A DNA stretch of 64,000 nt. It comes from Lysobacterales bacterium. GTDB lineage: Bacteria; Pseudomonadota; Gammaproteobacteria; Xanthomonadales; SZUA-5. Under the pieces are notes generated by a model. It had not been told where the DNA came from. It saw nothing but the letters and a program-made list of their open reading frames with translations, and searched no databases. The DNA is taken from positions 1 through 64,000 of the forward strand of contig JALHMH010000010.1 of NCBI GenBank assembly GCA_022844165.1. Reading direction: 5' to 3'. A program made the translations under genes and the position numbers. Shown in pieces: positions 53,202 through 63,224 of the stretch; position 1 is the first letter of the stretch; each line of letters starts with the position of its first letter.

Positions 53202-54488
53202 TCAAGTGCCGCCACGAGCGCCGTCCAATATGGGCGCGAGCAAAGCCAGCGTGCGCGGGACTGCGCCGCGCTCGCGTTCGACGACGTCGAAGGCTGCATC
53301 CGCCAGTTGTCGCGCGAGCTGCGGATCGCCGAGCACGCGGATCAATTGGGTTCCGAGCTGGACACCGTTCTGCACTCGAATGAGTGCCTGATGGTCGAGC
53401 ATGGTTTGACAGATCTCGGCAAAGTTGAAGGTGTGCGGACCGGTGAGCACCGGCTTTCGTAAAGCTGCCGGCTCGAGCACGTTATGCCCGCCGATCGGGT
53501 CCAGGCTGCCACCGACAAAAGCGGCGTCGCTGCAAGCGAAAAATCGTAGCAGTTCACCCATTGTGTCGACCACAAAACACTGCGAATCGATGCCTGCGAC
53601 GGTGTCCTCGCTGCGCGAGCTGGTGCGGAAACCGAACGATCGACAGAGTCCGATAGCGCCTCGGAAGCGCTCCGGGTGACGCGGCACCAGGATCAACAGC
53701 GCATCGGGGAAACGGCCGAGTACGCGCGCGTGCGCTTGCAGAACCGCCGCTTCTTCGCCCTCATGTGTGCTGGCGGCAACCCAGACCGGCCGCAGTGCGC
53801 CCCAGGACTCGCGCAGGTTTGCCGCTTGCGCCTTCAGATCGGACGGCACTGCCATGTCGAACTTGATATTGCCCACGACCTGCAGTCTGGCTTCGAACAC
53901 ACCCAGACGGCGAAAGCGCTCCGCATCGCCGTGCGATTGTGCGGCGACGAGACTCGCACAGCGCACGGCATCGCGCATCAACGATATGGCCGGACCATAG
54001 CCACGCAGGCTGCGTTCGGACAAACGCGCGTTGGCGATGAAAATTGGTATGCCAGCGCGCTGGCAGGCGAAGTACAAGTTTGGCCAGATTTCAGTTTCCA
54101 TCACCAGTGCGATGCGCGGCTTTGTCCGCGCCAGAAAGCGCCCGACGGCGCTCGGCAGATCGTAGGGCAGATACACATGAAAGACACGGTCGCCAAGGCG
54201 TTTGCGCACGCGTTCGGAGCCCGTGGGCGTGATCGTTGTAACCACCATTGTGTCGTTTGGGTGTGTGGCCAACAGTGCTTCGATGAGCGGCATTGCGGCG
54301 TTAAACTCGCCCACCGACACCGCGTGTACCCAGATCGATGAGCTGATGTCGGCATTGAACCAGCCGAAGCGTTCAAGCCAGCGTTTGAAGTAGCCTCGGT
54401 TGCGCAACCCACGGAATGCCAGGCGATACAGAATCACCGGCATCGCCAGGTACATCGCCAGCGTATAGAGATGCCGCTTCAGCGCCAC
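53202..54488 (-). CDS. waaA: Kdo transferase
   Basis: IWVHAVSVGE, YLPYD, METEIWPN, AASTHEGEE, VPRHPERF and GGHNVLEPA motifs. Start approximate. Confidence 0.95.
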   Translation of the reverse strand: MALKRHLYTLAMYLAMPVILYRLAFRGLRNRGYFKRWLERFGWFNADISSSIWVHAVSVGEFNAAMPLIEALLATHPNDTMVVTTITPTGSERVRKRLGDRVFHVYLPYDLPSAVGRFLARTKPRIALVMETEIWPNLYFACQRAGIPIFIANARLSERSLRGYGPAISLMRDAVRCASLVAAQSHGDAERFRRLGVFEARLQVVGNIKFDMAVPSDLKAQAANLRESWGALRPVWVAASTHEGEEAAVLQAHARVLGRFPDALLILVPRHPERFRGAIGLCRSFGFRTSSRSEDTVAGIDSQCFVVDTMGELLRFFACSDAAFVGGSLDPIGGHNVLEPAALRKPVLTGPHTFNFAEICQTMLDHQALIRVQNGVQLGTQLIRVLGDPQLARQLADAAFDVVERERGAVPRTLALLAPILDGARGGT

Positions 54489-54540
54489 GACTCCCGAAAA
54501 AGTTGCCAGTATAGGGTGCTGAACATGACTTCCTTTGACC

Positions 54541-55443
54541 ATGACGACAGGCGACAAGCAGCTAGGCTATTGGCAGCCAAAGTATTGGCCGACGCGGCTC
54601 GCACTCTTCATGCTCAAGTGTCTGGCGCGCTTGCCGCATCGTTGGGTCCTGGCCATCGGTGCGGCGCTGGGTTGGATGGCGCTGCGCCTGATGCCCCGGA
54701 GGCGGCGCCTCATCGCCAGCAATATCGAACGTTGTTTTCCAGAGCTCGATCGCGTGTCGCAGACTCGGTTGATTGCCGCAAATGAGATCGAAAGTGGTCG
54801 CATGTTGGCATCCTTCGCCTGGGCCTGGTTTGCGCCAGCGCCGGCTATCGCCGCCCTGCCGGTGCGCTTTACGGGGTTGGAGACGTTGGATCGATTGCGT
54901 GCGCAGGGGCGAGGCGTTTTACTCGTCGGTGTGCATTTTTCGCATCTGGAGCTGTGCGCGCGATTACTGACGACTCGTGTGCCGGTGGCGGGCATGTATC
55001 GCGAACATAGCGATCCGGTGATGGAGTGGATGGTACGTCGATCGCGCTTGAAGTACGCCAGCGCGATGTATCGGCGCGACGAACTGCGCGGCGCCATCCG
55101 CCATCTGAAGCAGGGCGGTGTGTTGTGGTACGCCCCAGACCAGGCTTACCGCCGGGGCGACCATGTGACGGCGCCGTTTTTTGCCATTCCGGCGCCGACA
55201 CTGACGGCAACGCATCATCTTGCGCGCCTGACGGGCGCTGCCGTTGTCGGGTTTGCACATCGGCGAGAGGCGCGCGGCTACGAGATCGAACTGCTGCCCG
55301 CACTCGAAGACTTTCCCTCTAAAGATGCGTTCGCGGATACCTCGAGAGTCAACGCGATGCTGGAGCGGATCATCCGCCGCGCGCCAGATCAGTATCTGTG
55401 GTTGCACGATCGGTTCAAGCCCAGCGCTCCGCCGGCGGACTGA
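54541..55443 (+). CDS. lpxL: Lipid A late acyltransferase (LpxL/LpxP family)
   Basis: H..HLE, WYAPDQ and PDQYLWLH.RFK motifs. Confidence 0.9.
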   Translation: MTTGDKQLGYWQPKYWPTRLALFMLKCLARLPHRWVLAIGAALGWMALRLMPRRRRLIASNIERCFPELDRVSQTRLIAANEIESGRMLASFAWAWFAPAPAIAALPVRFTGLETLDRLRAQGRGVLLVGVHFSHLELCARLLTTRVPVAGMYREHSDPVMEWMVRRSRLKYASAMYRRDELRGAIRHLKQGGVLWYAPDQAYRRGDHVTAPFFAIPAPTLTATHHLARLTGAAVVGFAHRREARGYEIELLPALEDFPSKDAFADTSRVNAMLERIIRRAPDQYLWLHDRFKPSAPPAD

Positions 55444-55586
55444 CACACACAAGGCGTTTCCACTAATGCGCGGCTGATCTCAGTTGTTGACCTTTGCATC
55501 GCGTTTGGGAAACGGACTGACCTGTCAATTCCACGCGCCCATGCCATACTCGAAAGCTGAATTGCTGGAGTCACGGAGAACTCAAG

Positions 55587-56888
55587 ATGTCGAACACCAT
55601 CGCCATTGTGGATTCGCGCAACGGCAAACAGGCTGATCTGCCGATCGTATCCGGCGCGCTGGGTGATCCAGCAGTCGATATCGCCAAGTTAAACAAAGAG
55701 TTGGGGCTGTTTACGTACGACCCGGGCTTTGTCTCGACCTGCAGTACGAAGAGCGCCATTACCTACATCGATGGCGACCAGGGCGTGTTGTTGTACCGTG
55801 GGTATCCAATCGATCAACTTGCGCAGCATTCGAGCTTTCTGGAAGTCGCGTATCTTTTGATCCATGGCGAGTTGCCGAATCCGAACCAGCACCGGGAGTT
55901 CGAGCATCACGTCACGCATCACACGATGATTCACGAGTCGCTGAAGCTGTTCATGAATGGCTTCCATTACAACGCGCATCCGATGGCGATGATGGTCGGA
56001 ATCGCGGGCTCCCTCGCGGCCTTCTATCACGATTCGCTAGATCCGGAAGACCCGCAACACCGCATGATCACCGCGATCCGACTGATCGCGAAAATGCCGA
56101 CATTGGCAGCGGCGTGCTACAAACATTCGGTCGGCCAGCCGTACGTCTATCCGAAAAACAACCTCAGTTACTGCTCGCGATTCCTCGACATGATGTTCGG
56201 CGTTCCAGCCGAACCTTATGAGGTCAGCCCAACGGCCGCGAAGGCACTCGACCTGCTGTTTATCCTGCACGCGGATCATGAGCAGAACGCGTCGACGTCG
56301 ACGGTCCGCCTCGTGGGTTCCACAGGCGCCAATCCGATCGCGTGCATCGCAGCCGGTATCGCTGCATTGTGGGGCCCGGCGCACGGCGGTGCTAACGAGG
56401 CCGTGCTGAAGATGTTGAACGAAATCGGCGACAAGTCGAATGTGGCCCGAGCAGTCGCGCGCGCCAAAGACAAGAACGATAATTTCCGGCTGATGGGATT
56501 TGGTCATCGCGTCTATAAGAACTTCGATCCGCGCGCCAAGATCATTCGGGAGATGTGCCACAAAGTACTCAATGAACTGGGCATCCACGACCCGTTGCTG
56601 GATGTTGCGATGGCACTGGAAGACGTCGCGCTCAAGGACGATTACTTCGTCGAACGAAAGCTCTATCCAAACGTCGATTTTTACTCCGGCATCATTTACA
56701 AGGCACTGAAGATTCCGGTCGAGATGTTCACCGTGATGTTCGCGATTGCGCGCACCGCAGGCTGGATTGCACACTGGCTGGAGCAAAACGCCGCAGGCGA
56801 CGTCAAGATCGGCCGCCCGCGTCAGATCTACGTCGGCCACAAGCCGCGCGATTACGTGCAATTGGCGCAGCGCCAGGATCGCTCATGA
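55587..56888 (+). CDS. gltA: Citrate synthase (type II)
   Basis: [38 protein letters not shown] and YPNVDFYSG motifs. Confidence 0.98.
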   Translation: MSNTIAIVDSRNGKQADLPIVSGALGDPAVDIAKLNKELGLFTYDPGFVSTCSTKSAITYIDGDQGVLLYRGYPIDQLAQHSSFLEVAYLLIHGELPNPNQHREFEHHVTHHTMIHESLKLFMNGFHYNAHPMAMMVGIAGSLAAFYHDSLDPEDPQHRMITAIRLIAKMPTLAAACYKHSVGQPYVYPKNNLSYCSRFLDMMFGVPAEPYEVSPTAAKALDLLFILHADHEQNASTSTVRLVGSTGANPIACIAAGIAALWGPAHGGANEAVLKMLNEIGDKSNVARAVARAKDKNDNFRLMGFGHRVYKNFDPRAKIIREMCHKVLNELGIHDPLLDVAMALEDVALKDDYFVERKLYPNVDFYSGIIYKALKIPVEMFTVMFAIARTAGWIAHWLEQNAAGDVKIGRPRQIYVGHKPRDYVQLAQRQDRS

Positions 56889-56895
56889 AGCTCGC

Positions 56896-56926
56896 GCGGT
56901 GTTTCCAGGACGATTGGAAACACCGC
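56896..56926 (+). terminator. Hairpin after gltA
   Basis: GCGGTGTTTCCA-ggacgat-TGGAAACACCGC immediately after the stop; no U-tract. Confidence 0.55.
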
Positions 56927-57120
56927 AGTCCGTGCCTTTAACGAGCGGGCATTGCCCACATCGCCCGGCAGCAGTCGCTTTGGAGAAGATTTGATTCTGG
57001 CGACGCGAGGGTATTCACGCCTTTTAACAACCTGATGCCGATACGTTGGTGACACTACGCTTGCACCTGCAAACAGGCATCGCGTATGGTCTGTTCACCG
57101 CGTGAACACATGGCACAACG

Positions 57121-57624
57121 TTGCAGTCCTGGTTTGCAGTGATGACCAAGCCTCGTTGTGAGGCCGAGGCGCAAATCTGCCTGATGCGGCAAGGTTTCGA
57201 GTGTTTGTTTCCGCGTGTCAGGCGGCGAGTTCGGGCTGCCACTGGCATGGTGGTTCGCACCGAGTCCTTGTTCCCGCGTTACCTTTTTCTGAAATCCGAT
57301 CCTGGTCTGCAATCGCTCGAGCCTGTGCGCAGTACCCGCGGCGTCTCGGGGATCGTGCGTTTTGGCGGCTGGCCAGCCGTGGTTCCGCCACGCGTGATCG
57401 AAGCTATCGTCGATCGTATCGATCAGGACGACGGCTTCGTGAAGTTGCGCAGTCCGGATCTGATTCGTGGGGCGACCGTGCGCATCAACGAAGGCCCGTT
57501 TTGCGGCTTCGACGCGATCTTTGAAAGCGAGATTGGAACCGATCGCGTTGCGCTGTTGCTGAACATGCTTGGCCACGAGCGTCGCGTCATCGTAGAGCGC
57601 GAGGCCCTCGGCCAACGAATCTAG
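57121..57624 (+). CDS. rfaH: Transcription antiterminator RfaH (NusG paralog)
   Basis: WFAVMTKPR.E, ESLFPRYLF, VRSTRGV and KOW motif VRINEGPF.G; heads a polysaccharide cluster. Confidence 0.9.
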   Translation: MQSWFAVMTKPRCEAEAQICLMRQGFECLFPRVRRRVRAATGMVVRTESLFPRYLFLKSDPGLQSLEPVRSTRGVSGIVRFGGWPAVVPPRVIEAIVDRIDQDDGFVKLRSPDLIRGATVRINEGPFCGFDAIFESEIGTDRVALLLNMLGHERRVIVEREALGQRI

Positions 57625-57667
57625 TTCGCGGCGAGCCGTGCGGATCGCTGCAGATTCAAGCCTTGCG

Positions 57668-57693
57668 GGGCTACACCGTAGGGCGGCAGCCTG
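57668..57693 (+). promoter_or_regulatory. ops/JUMPstart-like element
   Basis: GGCGGCAGCCTG (57682-57693) compared with ops GGCGGTAGnnTG, preceded by a CTAC-acc-GTAG mini hairpin, between rfaH and the operon. Confidence 0.6.
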
Positions 57694-57778
57694 TTTGCTG
57701 CTCTGCCTTTCCCATCGGGTGCTGCAATCGTATCCACGATGTGTGCGCACTGTGCTTTGTATTTAACGGGCCATCTTT

Positions 57779-58120
57779 CTGCTCGACGACGAAACACGAT
57801 ATCGCCTGCTGCGGCTCTTGACCGAGCACCCAAGGTTGTCGCAACGCGAGCTTGCGAGCGAGTTGGGTTTGTCCCTGGGCAAGACGCACTATTGCTTGCG
57901 GGCTTTGATCGAACGAGGCTGGGTCAAAGTGCAGAACTTTCGCAATAGCCAAAACAAGCTTGCCTACGCTTATGTGCTCACACCCGCCGGCGCCGGCGCA
58001 AAGGTGCGCACAACAATCGAGTTCTTGAAGCGCAAGCAGCAGACATTCGACGCATTGGCCAAAGAAATTGAACGCTTGCGAGCGGAAGTCGACAGCGCGC
58101 GCGGCGATATTGCAGGGTGA
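57779..58120 (+). CDS. MarR-family EPS-associated transcriptional regulator
   Basis: LDDETRYRLLRLL..P.LSQRELA..LGLSLGK.HYCL.ALI..GWVK..NF.NS.NK..Y.Y.LTP.G. Start inferred at CTG 57779 (ORF track gives 57818). Confidence 0.85.
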   Translation: MLDDETRYRLLRLLTEHPRLSQRELASELGLSLGKTHYCLRALIERGWVKVQNFRNSQNKLAYAYVLTPAGAGAKVRTTIEFLKRKQQTFDALAKEIERLRAEVDSARGDIAG

Positions 58121-59760
58121 ACGAGCCAGATTTCTTCCACGTGTCGCGCCGATTCGTTGGATTGGTCGGCACGCAGCACTATCAGACTTTGGGCTTGTCC
58201 CTGGCGGCGGCCAGTGCCGAAGCGATCGGCGTTGGCCTCGCTTTGCCGCTACTGGAATCGCTCGACGCGTCGACCCGGGAGCAGCTGGTTTGGTTGTGCG
58301 CGATTTCATCGCTGGTGTTCGCCAAAGCTGCCTTGAGCTACTTTGCGATGGCCCGACTCGGTGAGCTGCGTGCCCAACTGGGCGCGACGCTACAAGAACG
58401 GCTGCATATGGCGTTACTGCAGGCCCCGTTCGCTACTTATCTGCGCGATGGGGCTGCGCGTTGGCAGTTTGCCTTCGAGCAAGTGCCTTATGCCGTTGGC
58501 GCCTACCAGAGTTTTTGTTCGATGCAGGTCGGACTGATCCATGCGTTGATGTATTTGACGGTGGCGTGCTGGTTGAGCCCGGCCTTCGGTCTTGCTGCCC
58601 TGATACTCGCGGCTGTGGTCTTTGTCGGTTTTCGGTGGCTGCATCGCCGTACACACGCGCAAGCTGAGGCGTTGATGAAAGCGCAAACACGCCTGACGGC
58701 ATTGGCGCTGGAGTGGCTGCGTGGCATGCGCTACCTGCGCGCAACAGGGTCGGCCGATGTGATGAGCGAGGAGCGACGCGATGTTGTCCAGCAAGTAGCC
58801 GTCGGCGAGTCGCGCCTGGCGCAGTTGCTGGCTGTCGGCCATGCGTTGCGCGAACCCGTTGTATTGCTTGGGTTGATGGTCTTGGTCGCGATTTTCCTGA
58901 CGGCAGGCAAGACAACGCTCGCAACGGTACTGGTCGCACTGTTGCTGTTCTACCGTGCTGCGAATGCGCTGCTCGGGGTACAACAGAGTTGGCATGGTGT
59001 GTTGGCTCAGGAGCCAGCGCTTGCTGCCATTGAGAGCCAATTCGCGCGGCCTGTGCTCACGCGCAACGCGGCAAGCGTGCCGAGTCATTTCGAAGTGCAT
59101 CTCAAGGGTGTGAGTTTTGCGCATCCCGGTGCGACGCCGCTGGTGAACGAAGCGAATTGGCGATTGCTCGCTGGCCGTTGGATTGGACTCTGCGGCGATT
59201 CCGGCGTCGGCAAATCCACACTATTCGACATCGTGTTGGGTTTGCAGCGACCGCAGCAAGGCAGCGTCCTGGTGGGTGGCATGGAACTGGATCAGATCGA
59301 TCTCGATGCGTGGCGCGCACACGTCGGCTTTGTGCCGCAGGAAGCGTGGATCAAGAGCGATACACTGGAGCGCAATATCGCGCTGCGACAAATCGGTAAC
59401 GGTGCCGAACATGCCTCGCGCCTTGCGAGCGTGTGTCGTCGCGCCGATCTGGTTGGCACCATTGCTGCCCTCCCCGCGGGAATTGCGACGAAAGTCGGCG
59501 AGGGCGGAATCGAGTTGTCGGGCGGCGAACGTCAGCGGGTTGCATTGGCACGCGAGTTGTATCGGCAGCCCAGGCTGCTGATCCTCGACGAGGCCACCAG
59601 TGCGCTCGACGCAGAAAGCGAGGCGCGCTTGCTAGCTGCGTTGCGCGCCGAACAGGGTGATATGTGCGTGGTACATGCATCGCATCGGCAAAAGCCGTTA
59701 CAAATGGCCGACGAAGTCTGGCGGCTGGTGGATGGACGTTTGATACGGGAAACGAATTGA
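58117..59760 (+). CDS. Fused ABC transporter (TMD+NBD), glycan flippase-like
   Basis: N-terminal TM helices; [17 protein letters not shown] and LILDEATSALD motifs. Confidence 0.88.
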   Translation: MNEPDFFHVSRRFVGLVGTQHYQTLGLSLAAASAEAIGVGLALPLLESLDASTREQLVWLCAISSLVFAKAALSYFAMARLGELRAQLGATLQERLHMALLQAPFATYLRDGAARWQFAFEQVPYAVGAYQSFCSMQVGLIHALMYLTVACWLSPAFGLAALILAAVVFVGFRWLHRRTHAQAEALMKAQTRLTALALEWLRGMRYLRATGSADVMSEERRDVVQQVAVGESRLAQLLAVGHALREPVVLLGLMVLVAIFLTAGKTTLATVLVALLLFYRAANALLGVQQSWHGVLAQEPALAAIESQFARPVLTRNAASVPSHFEVHLKGVSFAHPGATPLVNEANWRLLAGRWIGLCGDSGVGKSTLFDIVLGLQRPQQGSVLVGGMELDQIDLDAWRAHVGFVPQEAWIKSDTLERNIALRQIGNGAEHASRLASVCRRADLVGTIAALPAGIATKVGEGGIELSGGERQRVALARELYRQPRLLILDEATSALDAESEARLLAALRAEQGDMCVVHASHRQKPLQMADEVWRLVDGRLIRETN

Positions 59761-61034
59761 TGAATCAGGTTGCGAAGGAAATCGTGGCGGTCATCGGCCT
59801 GGGGTACGTCGGCTTGCCGCTGGCGGTTGCGTTCGGCGCGCGGCGAGAGACGATCGGCTTCGACATCGATGCATACCGGATCGATGAGTTGGGACGTTGC
59901 ATCGATCGCACCGGCGAGTGCACGGCAAGCGAATTGCGCGCTGCAACCGAACTCACGCTGACATTCGACCCAAAAGAACTGCGCGCAGCAAGGGTGTACA
60001 TCATCGCCGTTCCCACGCCAGTCAATCAGCACAAATGGCCGGACCTGACGCCGCTGATCGGCGCCTCGAAAATCGTGGCCGCCGTGCTCAAGCGCGGCGA
60101 TGTCGTGATCTTCGAATCGACCGTCTACCCGGGCGCAACCGAAGAGGTTTGCGTGCCGGTATTGGAGAAGCATTCGCGCCTCAAGTTTCGTAAGGACTTC
60201 GAGGTCGGCTACAGCCCCGAGCGTATCAATCCCGGTGACCGCACGCGGCGCCTGCCGGACATCGTCAAGGTCACTTCCGGATCGAGTCCGGAGGCGGCGG
60301 AGTTCGTCGATGCGCTGTACCGCGAAATCGTTCCCGCGGGTACGCACCTGGCGCCCAGTATTCGCGTCGCCGAGGCGGCGAAGGCCATCGAGAACACCCA
60401 GCGAGACGTCAATATTGCGCTGGTCAATGAGTTTGCGCAGCTGTTTTCACGCTTAGGCATAGACACCGAAGCTGTGCTTCGCGCCGCCGGAACGAAATGG
60501 AATTTCCTGAAGTTCTGGCCAGGTCTGGTCGGCGGCCATTGCATTGGAGTCGACCCCTATTACCTGGTGCACAAAGCGCAAGAGGTTGGCTTTCATCCGG
60601 AGTTGATCCTTGCAGCCCGGCGCATCAACGAGGGTATGAGTGCGCACGTGACCGGTGAGGTGCTGAAGCTGATGGCGCAGCGGCGGATCAACATCGTTGG
60701 ATCGCGAATCCTGATCCTCGGGCTGACCTTCAAAGAGAACTGCGGTGATTTGCGCAACACCCGCGTCGTCGAAATTGTCCACGCCTTAGAGAGCTACCAC
60801 GCGATCGTCGATGTTCACGATCCGTGGGCAAATGGCAATGAAGCGCGCCATGAATACGGCATCGAGTTAAGCGACGTGAAACCGGGCGCTTACGATCTGG
60901 TTCTCTTGACTGTGGCGCACCGCGAATTCGTCGCGCTTGGGGAGGCTGGAATTCGCCTTATGTTGAAGCCCGGAGGCATCGTTTTCGACGTCAAGTATGC
61001 GCTGCCGGCGGCCGTGACGGACGGTCGATTGTGA
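59760..61034 (+). CDS. UDP-N-acetyl-hexosamine 6-dehydrogenase (TviB/WbpO family)
   Basis: IGLGYVGLPLA, ESTVYPGATEE, SPERINPGD, GLVGGHCIGVDPYY and GLTFKENC.D.RN motifs. Confidence 0.93.
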   Translation: MNQVAKEIVAVIGLGYVGLPLAVAFGARRETIGFDIDAYRIDELGRCIDRTGECTASELRAATELTLTFDPKELRAARVYIIAVPTPVNQHKWPDLTPLIGASKIVAAVLKRGDVVIFESTVYPGATEEVCVPVLEKHSRLKFRKDFEVGYSPERINPGDRTRRLPDIVKVTSGSSPEAAEFVDALYREIVPAGTHLAPSIRVAEAAKAIENTQRDVNIALVNEFAQLFSRLGIDTEAVLRAAGTKWNFLKFWPGLVGGHCIGVDPYYLVHKAQEVGFHPELILAARRINEGMSAHVTGEVLKLMAQRRINIVGSRILILGLTFKENCGDLRNTRVVEIVHALESYHAIVDVHDPWANGNEARHEYGIELSDVKPGAYDLVLLTVAHREFVALGEAGIRLMLKPGGIVFDVKYALPAAVTDGRL

Positions 61035-62038
61035 GGGTGTTGGTCACCGGCGCGGCTGGATTTATCGGCTATCACGTGTGCGAAGCGTTGTTGGCGCGTG
61101 GCGATCAGGTCGTCGGCATTGACAATTTGAATGACTACTACGATGTGCGGCTCAAACAGGCGCGCCTCGCGCGGCTGCGAGCGCATCCTGATTTTCTGGC
61201 AGCCATTGGCGATCTTGGCGATCGCGCATTTGTCGAAGAGCAGTTTCGCAAGCATCGGCCGCAACGGGTGGTCAATCTTGCTGCTCAGGCCGGTGTTCGC
61301 TACGCCGCAGAAAATCCCCATGTGTACGTGCAAACCAATATCGTTGGATTTCTGCACATCATCGAGGGCTGTCGCCACTACGGCGTCGAGCACCTGGTGT
61401 ATGCATCGTCCAGCTCGGTTTACGGCGCAAACACCGCCATGCCGTTCTCCGAGCATCAATCGACGGAACACCCGCTGACCTTGTACGCGGCCACAAAAAA
61501 AGCCAATGAGATGATGGCGCACAGTTACGCCAATCTGTATGGCTTGCCGTGCACCGGCCTGCGCTTTTTTACGGTGTACGGTCCCTGGGGGCGCCCGGAC
61601 ATGGCGCTGTTCTTGTTCACCCGCGCGATCCTGGCCGGGGAACCGGTGAAGCTGTTCAACGGTGGTCGCCATCGCCGCAGCTTCACTTATATCGATGACA
61701 TCGTAGCCGGTGTGGTGCGGACGCTCGATGCTGTACCTGCAGGCGCCGCGACATGGAGCGGCTCGCAGCCGGATCCGGCGACCAGCGCGGCGCCGTATCG
61801 CATCTTCAATATCGGCAGCACCGACTGTGTCGATCTGTCGCGTTACATCGAACTGATCGAACGTTGCCTGGGTCGTCAAGCGCGGCGTGAGATGCTGCCC
61901 TTGCAGCCGGGCGATATTCCGGACAGTCATGCCGACTGCGCCGATCTGGCTGTTGAACGTGGCTACGAGCCGCGCGTGACAGTGGAGCAGGGCGTGCCGC
62001 TGTTTGTCGAGTGGTATCGCGGCTACTATCGGTGCTGA
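61031..62038 (+). CDS. NAD-dependent epimerase (UDP-glucuronate 4-epimerase-like)
   Basis: TGAAGFIG, NLAAQAGVRY, ASSSSVYG, YAATKK and RFFTVYGPWGRPDMA motifs. Confidence 0.93.
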   Translation: MRVLVTGAAGFIGYHVCEALLARGDQVVGIDNLNDYYDVRLKQARLARLRAHPDFLAAIGDLGDRAFVEEQFRKHRPQRVVNLAAQAGVRYAAENPHVYVQTNIVGFLHIIEGCRHYGVEHLVYASSSSVYGANTAMPFSEHQSTEHPLTLYAATKKANEMMAHSYANLYGLPCTGLRFFTVYGPWGRPDMALFLFTRAILAGEPVKLFNGGRHRRSFTYIDDIVAGVVRTLDAVPAGAATWSGSQPDPATSAAPYRIFNIGSTDCVDLSRYIELIERCLGRQARREMLPLQPGDIPDSHADCADLAVERGYEPRVTVEQGVPLFVEWYRGYYRC

Positions 62039-62141
62039 GACGTCGGCGCCGCGAGGCGCCGCTATTGCACTGTCCGGCGAACACTGATCGGCGTCAGTCG
62101 TTCAGCTCTTCCCAGCGCTACCATTCTTCTTCGTCAGGCAG

Positions 62142-62264
62142 TCATTGCACATCGCTACTATCGAATCTCGCCAATTTGCGACTGTGATGCCTCGCCAAAG
62201 ACAAGAGACAAAGGTCCGTTACTTTGGTGGCTTCGAGCAAATCACGGTCGACGTTGAGCGTCGT
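62142..62264 (-). pseudogene. Decayed PIN-domain (VapC-like) toxin, C-terminal remnant
   Basis: Minus strand TTLNVDRDLLEATKVTDLCLLSLARHHSRKLARFDSSDVQ* resembles the recalled PIN motif QVTDxxLLxLA..H...LATFD. No start codon. Confidence 0.5.
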
Positions 62265-62340
62265 ACGCGCGGCGAGATCTTGACATCAGTGTGCATCAAT
62301 GTACCGCAGCATCTGTCCGAGCTTTACGACCCTGGCTAGA

Positions 62341-62365
62341 TGATATATCTTTATGGTGTATATCA
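62341..62365. promoter_or_regulatory. vapBC operator inverted repeat
   Basis: TGATATA...TATATCA immediately upstream of vapB. Confidence 0.7.
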
Positions 62366-62378
62366 ACTGGACTCCGCG

Positions 62379-62612
62379 ATGGAAACAGCTCGAGTTTTCT
62401 GGTCAGGCCGTTCCCAGGCCATTCGCTTACCCAAAGAGTTTCGCGTCGACAGCGACTCGGTGCGCATTCGTCGCCACGGAGCCAGCATCGTGTTGGAGCC
62501 AATCGCCCGAGACTGGGACTGGCTCGATGCGTTGTCCGGAGAATTGGATCAGGACTTCAAGACCGCGGCCCTTGCCCAGCCGTCCCCACAAGAGCGTCAA
62601 GACTTCTTTTGA
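62379..62612 (+). CDS. vapB: VapB antitoxin (AbrB/SpoVT fold)
   Basis: METARVFWSGRSQAIRLPKEFR motif. Confidence 0.93.
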   Translation: METARVFWSGRSQAIRLPKEFRVDSDSVRIRRHGASIVLEPIARDWDWLDALSGELDQDFKTAALAQPSPQERQDFF

Positions 62613-63010
62613 TGCGCTACCTGCTCGATACCAACGCAGTCATCGCGCTGCTCAACGACCCAGGAGGGCTCGTAGCTTTGCGCTTACGTCAACTTCAGCC
62701 GGCAGACGTTGGCCTCTCGGTCATCGTCATGCACGAACTCTACTTCGGCGCGTTCAAAAGCCAACGGCGTGAGCGCAATCTCGCCATCGTCGATGGCCTG
62801 CGCCTGGAAGCGATTCCTTTCGATCAGGAAGATGCGCGTCACGCGGGCGAGATCAGGGCAGAGTTGGCTGCCCTCGGCACACCGATTGGTGCCTATGACG
62901 TACTGATTGCCGGGCAGGCACGTTCCAGGTCCCTGACGCTGGTCACGCATAACGTTGGTGAATTCCAGCGCGTCACTCAACTTGCCATCGAAGATTGGAA
63001 TGCACTGTAG
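62612..63010 (+). CDS. vapC: VapC PIN-domain toxin
   Basis: YLLDTN, ELYFG, GTPIGAYDVLIAGQA and LVTHN..EF.RV motifs; TGATG coupling to vapB. Confidence 0.95.
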   Translation: MRYLLDTNAVIALLNDPGGLVALRLRQLQPADVGLSVIVMHELYFGAFKSQRRERNLAIVDGLRLEAIPFDQEDARHAGEIRAELAALGTPIGAYDVLIAGQARSRSLTLVTHNVGEFQRVTQLAIEDWNAL

Positions 63011-63224
63011 CGTCATCATCAGGTTGTAAGAGCGCGTGCATCGTGATCCATCGCACGAACCGCAATGGCGCGACCATCGAAGCTGCATCCCAGTCCGGCA
63101 ATTCAAAGTGTCTGGTCGCTATCTCTCGGTCGCGCCATGACGCGACGCTGTGGTGGCTCCCGGCAAAGTGCGAAACACGCGGTGCAAGCAGCAAAGGATT
63201 CTATGGCCATCCCAAAACGTAGCG

